Assembly (NCBI GenBank): GCA_001304155.1 | Contig: LJUX01000021.1 | Span: forward strand, 1-49,649 | Length of the DNA stretch: 49,649 bases | Direction of reading: 5' to 3' | From: a candidate division Zixibacteria bacterium SM23_73_3 | Lineage (GTDB): Bacteria > Zixibacteria > MSB-5A5 > SM1-73 | Shown here: positions 10,417 through 18,866 of the stretch, piece after piece | How the letters are laid out: every line of letters starts with the position of its first letter | Numbering within the stretch: the stretch's first letter is position 1 | The notes under the pieces: generated by a model | The model's input: the letters and a program-made list of their open reading frames with translations, nothing else | Databases searched by the model: none | What the model was told of the DNA's origin: nothing | Position numbers and translations under genes: made by a program

Positions 10417-11472
10417 ATGAATAAATCTAAAAAGGAAGAAAGACGCTTAGGCGAAATCGCTGAGCATGTAGAAGGGGTGTTGGTGGGGGACCCTTCCATT
10501 AAAATAAAGGGGGTAGCTGGAATCGAAGATGCTCAAACGGGCGATCTGACCTTTTTGGCTAATCCTAAATATGCGGGTTTTCTGGAAACCTCCTCTGCAT
10601 CAGCAGTGATTGTGGGAAGGGAAACAAAAACAGAGGGAATCAAAATATCTCTAATCAAACACCCTAATCCCTACTTAGCCTTCGCTAAAGCGGTAGAGCT
10701 TTTTTTTGAAACCAAAAGGACCTATCCTGAGGCTGTTCATCCCACTGCAGTCTTAGGGGAAGAGGTGAGGGTAGAACGGGGAGTGTATGTAGGACCTAAT
10801 GCAGTAGTAGAAAAAGGGGCCTGGTTGAAGCGCGGCTCAACTATCCTGGCAGGCAGTTTTATCGGAACCAATTCCACCGTAGGAGAAAACTCGTTTCTCT
10901 ATCCTAACGTCACCATAAGGGAAGACGTAGAGATAGGGAATGATGTGATAATCCATTCTGGTACGGTGATCGGATCAGATGGATTCGGCTATGCCAAAGA
11001 GAAAGGAGTTCATCATAAGATTCCGCAGGTGGGAGGGGTGAGGATAGAGGAGGGTGTGGAAATCGGTGCGAATGTGACTATAGATCGTGCCGTATTAGGC
11101 GTTACTCGAATAGGAAGAGGAACCAAAATCGATAATCTGGTTCAGATCGGGCACAACGTGGACATCGGTGAAAACTGTATCATCGTGGCGCAAGTGGGAA
11201 TAGGAGGGAGCACCAAGGTGGGCAATGATTCGATTCTGGCAGGTCAGGTGGGATTGGTGGGACATATCAAAATCGGCAATCGGGTGGTGATTGGTGCTCA
11301 ATCGGGCGTCACCAAAGATATTCCCGATGATTCTACCGTCTTCGGTTATCCGGCACGTGAGATTCATAAGACCAAAAGAATCGAAGCCCATCTCTCCCGT
11401 ATGGATCTTTATGTAGAGCGATTGAAAGAACTGGAAAAGATGTTGAAAGAAATGAAAAACCCTTCACATTGA
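10417..11472 (+). CDS. lpxD: UDP-3-O-(3-hydroxymyristoyl)glucosamine N-acyltransferase
   Basis: [10 protein letters not shown], hexapeptide repeats, [21 protein letters not shown]. Confidence 0.97.
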   Translation: MNKSKKEERRLGEIAEHVEGVLVGDPSIKIKGVAGIEDAQTGDLTFLANPKYAGFLETSSASAVIVGRETKTEGIKISLIKHPNPYLAFAKAVELFFETKRTYPEAVHPTAVLGEEVRVERGVYVGPNAVVEKGAWLKRGSTILAGSFIGTNSTVGENSFLYPNVTIREDVEIGNDVIIHSGTVIGSDGFGYAKEKGVHHKIPQVGGVRIEEGVEIGANVTIDRAVLGVTRIGRGTKIDNLVQIGHNVDIGENCIIVAQVGIGGSTKVGNDSILAGQVGLVGHIKIGNRVVIGAQSGVTKDIPDDSTVFGYPAREIHKTKRIEAHLSRMDLYVERLKELEKMLKEMKNPSH

Positions 11473-11495
11473 ATTACAAACCTTTGGAGGTAAAA

Positions 11496-11822
11496 ATGAG
11501 TGAGTTGGTTGAGGTCAACGATAGCAATTTTGAAAATGAGGTTTTAAAGTGTGATAAACCCTGCCTGGTTGATTTCTGGGCGGAGTGGTGTGGACCCTGT
11601 TTAATGGTGCATCCTATCCTGGAGGAGATCGCCAACGAGTATGAGGGAAAGTTGAAGGTAGGAAAGCTGAACGTGGATCAAAACAGCCAGACCGCCGCCA
11701 AATATGGGATTATGAGCATCCCCAGTCTTCTTATCTTCAATGGGGGAAAGGTGGTGGATCAGATCGTAGGTGCGGTGCCAAAGAAACAGTTTGTCGAAAG
11801 AATTGAGAAGATCATCAAATAG
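11496..11822 (+). CDS. trxA: thioredoxin
   Basis: LVDFWAEWCGPC active site. Start moved to the ATG at 11496, after GGAGGT. Confidence 0.95.
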   Translation: MSELVEVNDSNFENEVLKCDKPCLVDFWAEWCGPCLMVHPILEEIANEYEGKLKVGKLNVDQNSQTAAKYGIMSIPSLLIFNGGKVVDQIVGAVPKKQFVERIEKIIK

Positions 11823-11833
11823 AAACTCTACTT

Positions 11834-12262
11834 ATGAGCAATTCTCAACAGCATACCAATCCTGCAGATGAACAGATAAAACAGATTTTGCAGAAATACA
11901 AAAAAGTGGCGGTGGTGGGGCTCTCTCCTGATTCAAGCAGACCTTCCAATGGAGTGGCTCGATATTTACAAAGTAAAGGATTCACGATAATCCCAGTCAA
12001 TCCTGAGGAGACACAGATCTTAGGAGAAAAAGCTTATCCCGATCTGAGCTCTATACCGGAGAAAGTGGAGATCGTGGATATTTTTCGCCGACCTGAGTAT
12101 GTGCCCCCCATAGTGAATGAAGCCATCAAAATTGGCGCTAAGGTTATCTGGATGCAGAAGGGTGTGATAAATTATCCTGCCGCACTTAAAGCCTCCCAAA
12201 ACGGCATCATGGTGGTCATGGACAGATGCATGTTTAAAGATTGTAGGGTCTTGTGTGAATGA
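11834..12262 (+). CDS. CoA-binding protein (YccU-like)
   Basis: KKVAVVGLSP, IIPVNP, VDIFRRPE, IWMQKG, VVMDRC. Confidence 0.9.
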   Translation: MSNSQQHTNPADEQIKQILQKYKKVAVVGLSPDSSRPSNGVARYLQSKGFTIIPVNPEETQILGEKAYPDLSSIPEKVEIVDIFRRPEYVPPIVNEAIKIGAKVIWMQKGVINYPAALKASQNGIMVVMDRCMFKDCRVLCE

Positions 12263-12458
12263 TAAAATCTTGGATAAAGATCGGAAAGTTGCGAAAGATG
12301 GATCAAGCTGCCCTGTTAGACAGACTTCTGAGCAGACTATCGAAATTCTCGTGAAAGGACAGGAATGCCCCTTTTGCCATTTCGCCAAGCTAAAAAGGGA
12401 AGGTGACGAGATAGTATGTCCCATCTGTGGATATGGACACAGACCCTCAACCTGATAG
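12255..12458 (+). CDS. small zinc-ribbon protein, candidate C-terminal selenoprotein (...CPICGYGHRPST-U-stop)
   Basis: CPFC-x13-CPIC motif. TGA at 12453-12455 is followed by TAG and a SECIS-like hairpin. Without recoding the CDS ends at 12455. Confidence 0.7.
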
Positions 12459-12492
12459 AAACCTGTAAGGGAGGAGTTTCCTCTTTTTTTTA
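12456..12492 (+). promoter_or_regulatory. hairpin after the zinc-ribbon TGA: candidate SECIS and/or intrinsic terminator
   Basis: Stem AGGGAGGA/TCCTCTTT (12468-12475 / 12479-12486) closes a GTT loop whose G is the 21st nt after the TGA; followed by a T run. Confidence 0.55.
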
Positions 12493-12559
12493 GCGAATGA
12501 CTTTGCCCCAAACAGAAGAGGCATTTGAGGGTTTCTTCGCAATTTGAGAAGGAGAGACA

Positions 12560-12976
12560 ATGTTTATCAATATGTCATGGAAGGGGAACTTGGCTTTTGA
12601 AGCGGAAACCGAGTCTTGGCATCGAATCTTGCTTGATGCTAAGCGAGAGGTAGGCGGGGAAGACAAAGGTCCCCGACCCATGGAGGTTTTGCTGGTCTCC
12701 CTGGCTGGATGCACCGCGATGGATGTTGCCTCCATTTTGAAAAAGAAAAGAGTGAATCTGCAAGACATGACCGTCAAGATTGACGCAAAACAAGCACTCC
12801 AGCATCCAAAATACTTCACCAAAATAGATGTGGAGTTCAATTTTGTGGGGAAAGATATCAAGGAGGAGGATGTTAAACAAGCCATAGAGCTCTCCAAGGA
12901 TAAATACTGTTCGGTTTCAGTTATGTTAAAAGAGAAGGCTGAAATCTCATATCGATGGAATATTGTGAATCTGTAG
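12560..12976 (+). CDS. OsmC/YhfA family protein
   Basis: GPRPMEVLLVSLAGCTAMDV and SKDKYCSVS, carrying the two conserved Cys. Confidence 0.92.
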   Translation: MFINMSWKGNLAFEAETESWHRILLDAKREVGGEDKGPRPMEVLLVSLAGCTAMDVASILKKKRVNLQDMTVKIDAKQALQHPKYFTKIDVEFNFVGKDIKEEDVKQAIELSKDKYCSVSVMLKEKAEISYRWNIVNL

Positions 12977-13000
12977 TGACCCTCTTTCCCTGACCAGAAC

Positions 13001-15352
13001 ATGAGACGTCCCGCCTTTTATGCCTTACTTCTTTTTGTCGCAGGCATTCTTTTAGGCAATTTTTTTGACCTTCCTGTCGTTTTGCTCTTTTCGATTTTTT
13101 CACTGACGCTTCTCTTCTGCCTTATTTTCCTCCTGCGCAAAGAAAGACAAAGCGCCACCCCGTTTTTAATCCTATCAATCATACTGGCAGGTTTCTTCAG
13201 ATATGAACTTATAACACGAAATTTTTCCCCCAATCACATAATCAATTTCTTGAATTTGAATTCCAAGGTAACCGTAGCCGGGAAAATAGTGGACGAACCC
13301 GATGTAAGAAAAAACAAAACATTCATAACTCTTGATACCGAAAAAATAACTATTGGCGAAAGAACTTATTCAACCACTGGTCAGGTAATTCTCAAAATAA
13401 AAAAGCCCACCTTTAAGTTTGACTATGCCGATAACATTGAATTCGAAGGATACTTAAATGAGCCCACTTCCAAACGAAACCCGGGAGCATTCGATTATAA
13501 AAGATATCTCAACCGGAAAAAAATCTATGGGATTGTCAATCTGTCTCATGTGGATCAGGTGAAAATCTTAAAACAGGGTGAAGCGAACATCTTCTCTTCC
13601 CAGATTGTGATTCCGTTGAGAAGATGGATTTTAGGGGTTTTCGACAGAACATTATCAGGAAATCACAAAGCCCTTCTCGCCGGGTTTCTCTTAGGGGAGA
13701 CCAGGGAGATTCCCAAACAAGTTTATACCATGTTCAGAGATACCGGCACGGTCCATCTTCTGGCAGTCTCCGGCTCCAATGTATGGTTGGTTATCGGGGT
13801 AATTTTTGGGGCTTTAAGTTTGCTTCGAGTTCCCAAGCTTTTTGCCACTTTTGTGACTCTGATTTGTATTTTTATATTCGCTAATCTGGTGCATAATGAT
13901 CCCCCGGTGGTAAGAGCAGGAATTATGGCATCGGTGATATTGGTGGGCGTCCTTTTATATAAGGATGTGAATTTAGTAAATGTGGTCTCGTTTGCCGGCT
14001 TGGTTATTCTGTTTTTTTCTCCTCTCTTTCTTTTTGATGTGGGATTTCAGCTTTCTTTTGCATCTGTTTTTGGAATTCTTTTCCTATATCCACAACTGAG
14101 TAGGTTGGTATCAAAATATATTAGCAGATCTCATAAGAAGTTGTGGAAATGGGTGATAATGCCTGCTCTGATCTCCGTGTCTGTAGAGTTGGTTCTTTTC
14201 CCCATCTTAGCCTATTATTTTAACATGATTCCTCTTATAATTGTGGTAGCTAATTTATTCATAGTTCCTTTAGCTGGTTTGTCGGTGGTGCTGGCTTGTT
14301 TCACTCTGTTTTCTACCATCTTCAGTGCACTTTTGGCGGGCATTTTTTCCGCTTTCAACTGGGTATGTCTGAGTTTGACCTTAAGGTTGACCGAATTCTT
14401 TGCCACCTTGCCAGTGGCAAAACTTTTTGTCTCCGCCCCCTCAGCTTTCAGTTTCATAAGCTACTACTTTTTTCTCTGGCTTTTAGTCAGTTCCATTGTC
14501 TCAAAGAAAAAAATTCTTCTTTTCTCGTTTCTGATAATTGCCAATGTGTTCATCTGGAGGGAGGGTCTGTCACGCAGCGATAGATCTTTGAAGGTAACTT
14601 TTCTGGACGTTAGTCAGGGAAGTTCTGCCGTTGTTGATCTTCCCAACAAAGAGGCTTTTTTGATAAATGCAGGGGAGAAGGGGATGAATTTTGATGCCGG
14701 CGAGTATATTGTGGTTCCATTTTTAAATCATAAGGGTATGATTAAAATTGACAAGTTGATCCTTACGGATACTAACCCCCTGAATGTAAATTCAGCTCGC
14801 TCGATTGCAGAAGATAGGCAGGTCGAAAAGATATTCCTCCCCCTTCCCCTCAACCTGGTGGATAGAATCTATGGAAATTTGTTGAAAGGACTTTCCAGTA
14901 GACTCTTTTCCCTAGATTCTGTTGACGCCATCATGGATGAGCAAAGCGAGTTTGCGATTCAGTTACTTAATTACACGAAAGTGGACAAATCGGGATCGAT
15001 CCACAGGAAACTTTTGGTCAAGCTCGTGCATAAGGAGATTACTTTTGGCATTTTTGATGGAATTAAAAAGGTTTGTTTTGATCCAGAATTTGATTGGGAT
15101 GAGTTGAAAAATTGCTCGGTTCTGGTTCTGCCTGAACTGGGGGATGAGGATGAAATTGTCAAAATTATCTCTGCGGTCAGACCTAAAAAGATCATCTTCA
15201 CCCGTCATTATTTTCGCTACGAGAGGAATAAAATCCCCACTCTGATGCAAATAAATTTTCCCGAAATTGAATATTATCGCACAGCAGAAAACGGAGCCAT
15301 AACTTGCGAAACCGATGGTGAAAAATTGTGGTTTGATCTTACACTTAAGTGA
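13001..15352 (+). CDS. comEC: DNA internalization competence protein ComEC/Rec2
   Basis: N-terminal TM and OB (DUF4131-like) region with RNPGAFDYKRYL; competence domain GTVHLLAVSGSNV, VVRAGIM, LFDVGFQLSF; C-terminal beta-lactamase-like domain. Confidence 0.93.
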   Translation: MRRPAFYALLLFVAGILLGNFFDLPVVLLFSIFSLTLLFCLIFLLRKERQSATPFLILSIILAGFFRYELITRNFSPNHIINFLNLNSKVTVAGKIVDEPDVRKNKTFITLDTEKITIGERTYSTTGQVILKIKKPTFKFDYADNIEFEGYLNEPTSKRNPGAFDYKRYLNRKKIYGIVNLSHVDQVKILKQGEANIFSSQIVIPLRRWILGVFDRTLSGNHKALLAGFLLGETREIPKQVYTMFRDTGTVHLLAVSGSNVWLVIGVIFGALSLLRVPKLFATFVTLICIFIFANLVHNDPPVVRAGIMASVILVGVLLYKDVNLVNVVSFAGLVILFFSPLFLFDVGFQLSFASVFGILFLYPQLSRLVSKYISRSHKKLWKWVIMPALISVSVELVLFPILAYYFNMIPLIIVVANLFIVPLAGLSVVLACFTLFSTIFSALLAGIFSAFNWVCLSLTLRLTEFFATLPVAKLFVSAPSAFSFISYYFFLWLLVSSIVSKKKILLFSFLIIANVFIWREGLSRSDRSLKVTFLDVSQGSSAVVDLPNKEAFLINAGEKGMNFDAGEYIVVPFLNHKGMIKIDKLILTDTNPLNVNSARSIAEDRQVEKIFLPLPLNLVDRIYGNLLKGLSSRLFSLDSVDAIMDEQSEFAIQLLNYTKVDKSGSIHRKLLVKLVHKEITFGIFDGIKKVCFDPEFDWDELKNCSVLVLPELGDEDEIVKIISAVRPKKIIFTRHYFRYERNKIPTLMQINFPEIEYYRTAENGAITCETDGEKLWFDLTLK

Positions 15353-15380
15353 ACTTAAAGCTACGGTTGAAGGATAGAGA

Positions 15381-15444
15381 AGTTGTGGCGGGGTACCCTT
15401 ACTCCGCCGCCTGAAGGTCGAGGGTAAGGTACCCTCGACCAACT
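15381..15444. repeat. inverted REP-like doublet
   Basis: AGTTG...CAACT ends enclose gcggggta-ccct-tactccgc and the perfect 11-bp stem ggtcgagggta-agg-taccctcgacc. Confidence 0.65.
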
Positions 15445-15462
15445 AGTGAACTAATGTCTTAA

Positions 15463-16197
15463 TTGCTTATGACAGCAACAGAGACAGTTTTGCTGGCTGG
15501 TTTCATTGTTTTGATTGGTCATTTCATCAAAGGAGTCTCCGGGTTTGCCGGTGCCCTGTTTGCAATTCCACTTTTAGCATTATTCTTAGATATCAAATTT
15601 GTCGTCCCCGTATTTTTGTTGTTCGATTTCATTTCCGGGATAATTCTGGCCATACAAAATCGAAGGTTTATTGATAGAAGAAGTACCCTTTTGATTCTTT
15701 CTGGGTTGGTGATCGGAACAGCAATTGGTACATGCTTTTTAGTCTCTTTTGGAAACGAAGCGTTGAAAAAGGTTTTTGGTGTGGTGGTGATTCTGTTTGG
15801 GCTGAAGATACTAATCTGGGACAACCAGGAGACGAAAAGACACATCAGCAAAGTCTGGGCGCCATTCTCTGGACTTGCCGGTGGGTGCACTGGCGCAATG
15901 TTTGGTCTGAATGGTCCACCACTTGTGCTTTATCTTGCCCGTCAACTTCATGACAAGCAAATCTTCAGAGCCACGCTTTACGGCATATTCTTTGTGGATG
16001 CCTGCTACAGACTGATCCTTTATTCATTCAATAAACTTATTACCATGGAAGTGATTAAATTCGCTCTATATCTGACACCGTTTCTGTTGATCGGCCTTCT
16101 TCTCGGATCGAAACTGCACACAAGAATCAACGAGACTGTTTTCAAAAAAGTCATTGCTCTGATTCTGGTGATGACCGGGATATTCTTGGCTATCTAA
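15463..16197 (+). CDS. sulfite exporter TauE/SafE family membrane protein
   Basis: KGVSGFAGALFAIP and GAMFGLNGPP repeats; about 8 TM helices. Confidence 0.88.
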   Translation: MLMTATETVLLAGFIVLIGHFIKGVSGFAGALFAIPLLALFLDIKFVVPVFLLFDFISGIILAIQNRRFIDRRSTLLILSGLVIGTAIGTCFLVSFGNEALKKVFGVVVILFGLKILIWDNQETKRHISKVWAPFSGLAGGCTGAMFGLNGPPLVLYLARQLHDKQIFRATLYGIFFVDACYRLILYSFNKLITMEVIKFALYLTPFLLIGLLLGSKLHTRINETVFKKVIALILVMTGIFLAI

Positions 16198-16405
16198 AGA
16201 CCGTATGTCGGATTGCGAGCCGTCTGACGAGCTAACCGACACCTGTGTTTTGTCCATTCATGATAAGTTCCTCATGTTGTATTCTGCAACGAAGGGGGTA
16301 ATCTGCCTTGAAAACAGATGTTCAAAAATTAGGCAGAAGGAAATTGTTACAATCTAAAGCTCTAAAGGGCACAGTGTTGTAAAAGAGCTAAGGTATAATA
16401 AAACA

Positions 16406-16422
16406 TCGGTATGTCTTTTGCA
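16406..16422 (+). promoter_or_regulatory. sigma54 (-24/-12) promoter for the pilin
   Basis: TCGGTATGTCTTTTGCA: GG at 16408-09, N10, GC at 16420-21 in a TTGCA context, about 65 nt before the pilin start. Confidence 0.55.
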
Positions 16423-16485
16423 CTACTCAGAGTGGATAAAACTATTTGAAGATAATGTATAAACAAAGGAAAGGGGTGATAGTTT

Positions 16486-16911
16486 ATGTTGAGCACCTTT
16501 CACAGAGACTCGAAAGGTTTCACCCTGATCGAGTTGATGATCGTGGTGGTCATTATTGGCATCTTAGCCGCAATGGCCATCCCTCGCTTTATGCGAACCA
16601 CCACCAAAGCCAAACAGTCTGAGGCCAAACAGATTCTGAAGCAGATCTATACCATGCAGAGGGCTTACCGACAGCAGTATGATACTTATGCTTGCAATGG
16701 TAAAACTATGTGCTCGGCTTGACCGAATAGCTTTGTGGTCCTCGGGGTGGAATATATGCCAAGTGCCAGATATACCTATCGCATAACCGCTGGCGCCACC
16801 ACATTCACTGCAACGGCAACCTCTGATCTGGATGATGACGCTACTCAGGATATCTGGCAGATCGATCAAGAGGGCAAACTTGTCTGTACCTCCGACGACG
16901 CAACCAGCTAA
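16486..16911 (+). CDS. type IV pilin (141 codons) interrupted by an in-frame TGA at 16720-16722
   Basis: Prepilin site KG/FTLIELMIVVVIIGILAAMAIPRF. The same frame continues after the TGA with pilin-like PNSFVVLGVEYMPSARYTY...DIWQIDQEGKLVCTSDDATS to TAA at 16909-16911. Confidence 0.85.
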
Positions 16912-16935
16912 GTTTAGCTGGGAAATGAAAAGCCA

Positions 16936-16965
16936 AAAATGGGGATTTGAGAGAATCCCCATTTT
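16936..16965 (+). terminator. intrinsic terminator (potentially bidirectional) after the pilin
   Basis: Perfect 12-bp inverted repeat aaaatggggatt/aatccccatttt. Confidence 0.75.
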
Positions 16966-17281
16966 CTGTTAAGAAAGATTTTGAATGGCTTGTTGGTAAT
17001 GGATATTGCGCTTGTTACAAGGTTCCTCAATGCAATAGAAAAGACGTCCGTTCCCGGCAAGTCTTCCTTTGGACTGAAGTCAGGACGAGTCCACAGTAAA
17101 CAGGGGAGGGGCTTTCAAACTATCGGGTAGCATGATGTAAAATATCCCAAAGCAGGAAACTTAAAAAATTTTTGGAAAAACCTTGACTTTTATAGAACAA
17201 TAGCGTAGAAATAATTAAAGTCAAGGTTGACAACGCGGTTGTATCAGCTTGGTTTGAAAAAAAGAGATAAGGAAGAAAAAA

Positions 17282-17461
17282 ATGGGATTGTTGGATAAAA
17301 TATTTCATCGTCCCCCGAAATCCGCAATGCACCTTAGTCGTAATGCTCCATGTTGGTGTGGGAGTGGCAAGAAATACAAGAAGTGCCATTACGAATCGGA
17401 TCAGAAATACTTCTCCAGTATTGTTGCCAAAACTTGCAAAACTTCCTCCTGACGAAGATAA
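17282..17461 (+). CDS. small SEC-C motif (zinc-binding) protein absent from the ORF track; candidate selenoprotein (...TCKTSS-U-RR)
   Basis: ATG at 17282 after AAGGAAG; MGLLDKIFHRPPKSAMHLSRNAPCWCGSGKKYKKCHYESDQKYFSSIVAKTCKTSS, then TGA at 17450-17452, CGA AGA, TAA. Without recoding it is 56 aa ending at 17452. Confidence 0.85.
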
Positions 17462-17493
17462 ACGAGGTGAGTTTCACCTCATAAGAAAGCTTC
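17454..17493 (+). promoter_or_regulatory. candidate SECIS after the SEC-C protein TGA
   Basis: Perfect 7-bp stem GAGGTGA/TCACCTC (17464-17470 / 17474-17480) with a GTT loop whose G is the 19th nt after the TGA. Possible lower GAAG/CTTC helix; no T run follows. Confidence 0.55.
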
Positions 17494-17627
17494 TGGTCAG
17501 TAACTCACAACGAATGGCTAATAGCCATCTTGTCTTTGAGTGATTTAGGAGATCAAACAATTACACGTATTGTAGTTGTTCAATTTATTGAGCTAAAGAA
17601 GCGTCATGAATGGGGCAACTACAGATC

Positions 17628-18866
17628 TTATTCAAAAACAGGTTCCACGATTTTTCCGATAAAGAGTATGGTTTGAGACTGATTTTCCCGAACCATAAAC
17701 ACAAATGGCCGATCAACCCGAAAACCAGAATGGGGGTTTACTGAGCAATACATCTGAACAGAAGTAACCGCCGCTGCTTCAGTCCCTTCTTCATTCACTT
17801 CTATAAATGTTTTGTGCTTTACCTCATTAATCCACACCTCACCATTTTTATACATTTTCGTAAAGTCAGCTAACCAGGGATCGAAGGCAACGCCCATTCC
17901 TAATGCCTGCAGTGCGTCATTCAACTTCAGCTCATATTCAAGTGTGAACTTTGGAAAGTAGATATCAAAAGAATCGCTTGGGAAAGATAAACAACTAACC
18001 CAGTAATTGAAGCTTTCATGATCAAATTTCGCAATCAGGGAATCGATGTCCCTTTGTGGATGAGGGAGAAAAATTGTCATGCTAAAGCTCCCATCACCAT
18101 ATGGTAAATCAACAGCTTGAAAGTCGTCATTTGAGAAATACCTGTATAGCCCTCTCTGTTCCATCATTTTGCACGGCTTTCTTGAACTGTCGGGCAGAAT
18201 GAACCAATCATCTTTCGTCGACTCTTTGTCAAACTGATAGGTCCAGGTACCTTTGAAATAGATGGCATTAATCAAAAACATAATGGTCATAGGGTCAATC
18301 GGGTTATCCACAATTTCTGTGATCTTTCCATTGGTATTTTCATCAACCCATGCATTGATTATTTTTGCGGCATTCGGGTCGCTAAAATTCAACCCGCTGA
18401 CTAACGCATAGAAGTATTCCTTGCATAGATTGATGAATTCCTCTTCAGGGGTTAAACCCTGATAGTACCATATCGAATTCGCAATCTGAAATTGCACTTT
18501 GGGATCAAGCTGAGTAAGCAACTTTATCAGATTTTTGTAGGACTCGTTCACCTCTTGAATGGTCAAATCAGAAAGTCCAAGAACTTCTTGCATTGCCTCT
18601 TGGGTTCTTCCGTTGGTACCATTATAAGTCATTCCCAATGCCATGGAAACGCTCAAAGGAGAAATGAAAACGTTTTTGTCTTTTTCCTCTTTGATTATCT
18701 CCTGGAAAAGTCTGAGTCCGAATTTGTTGTCCGATTCGACCAAACTTTTGGCAAACCAAGTTGATCCAGGAGGAATTTCATCCTCAGTTGAAACGGGATT
18801 CTTTGAACATTGCAACAAGGCAATGCCCAATAAGAGCACGAGGAAAAGGTTCAGTTTTTTAAACAT
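17628..18866 (-). CDS. serpin (serine protease inhibitor), predicted lipoprotein
   Basis: Lipoprotein-type signal LLLGIALLQC; NVFISPLSVSMALGM, LINAIYFKGTW, hinge NEEGTEAAAVT, FRVDRPFVF. Confidence 0.95.
   Translation of the reverse strand: MFKKLNLFLVLLLGIALLQCSKNPVSTEDEIPPGSTWFAKSLVESDNKFGLRLFQEIIKEEKDKNVFISPLSVSMALGMTYNGTNGRTQEAMQEVLGLSDLTIQEVNESYKNLIKLLTQLDPKVQFQIANSIWYYQGLTPEEEFINLCKEYFYALVSGLNFSDPNAAKIINAWVDENTNGKITEIVDNPIDPMTIMFLINAIYFKGTWTYQFDKESTKDDWFILPDSSRKPCKMMEQRGLYRYFSNDDFQAVDLPYGDGSFSMTIFLPHPQRDIDSLIAKFDHESFNYWVSCLSFPSDSFDIYFPKFTLEYELKLNDALQALGMGVAFDPWLADFTKMYKNGEVWINEVKHKTFIEVNEEGTEAAAVTSVQMYCSVNPHSGFRVDRPFVFMVRENQSQTILFIGKIVEPVFE

Noticed and set aside
16723-16760. SECIS directly after the pilin TGA
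   Set aside because: Only weak pairings (CCGA/TCGG, GACC/GGTC) and no stem-GTT apex like the other three sites.
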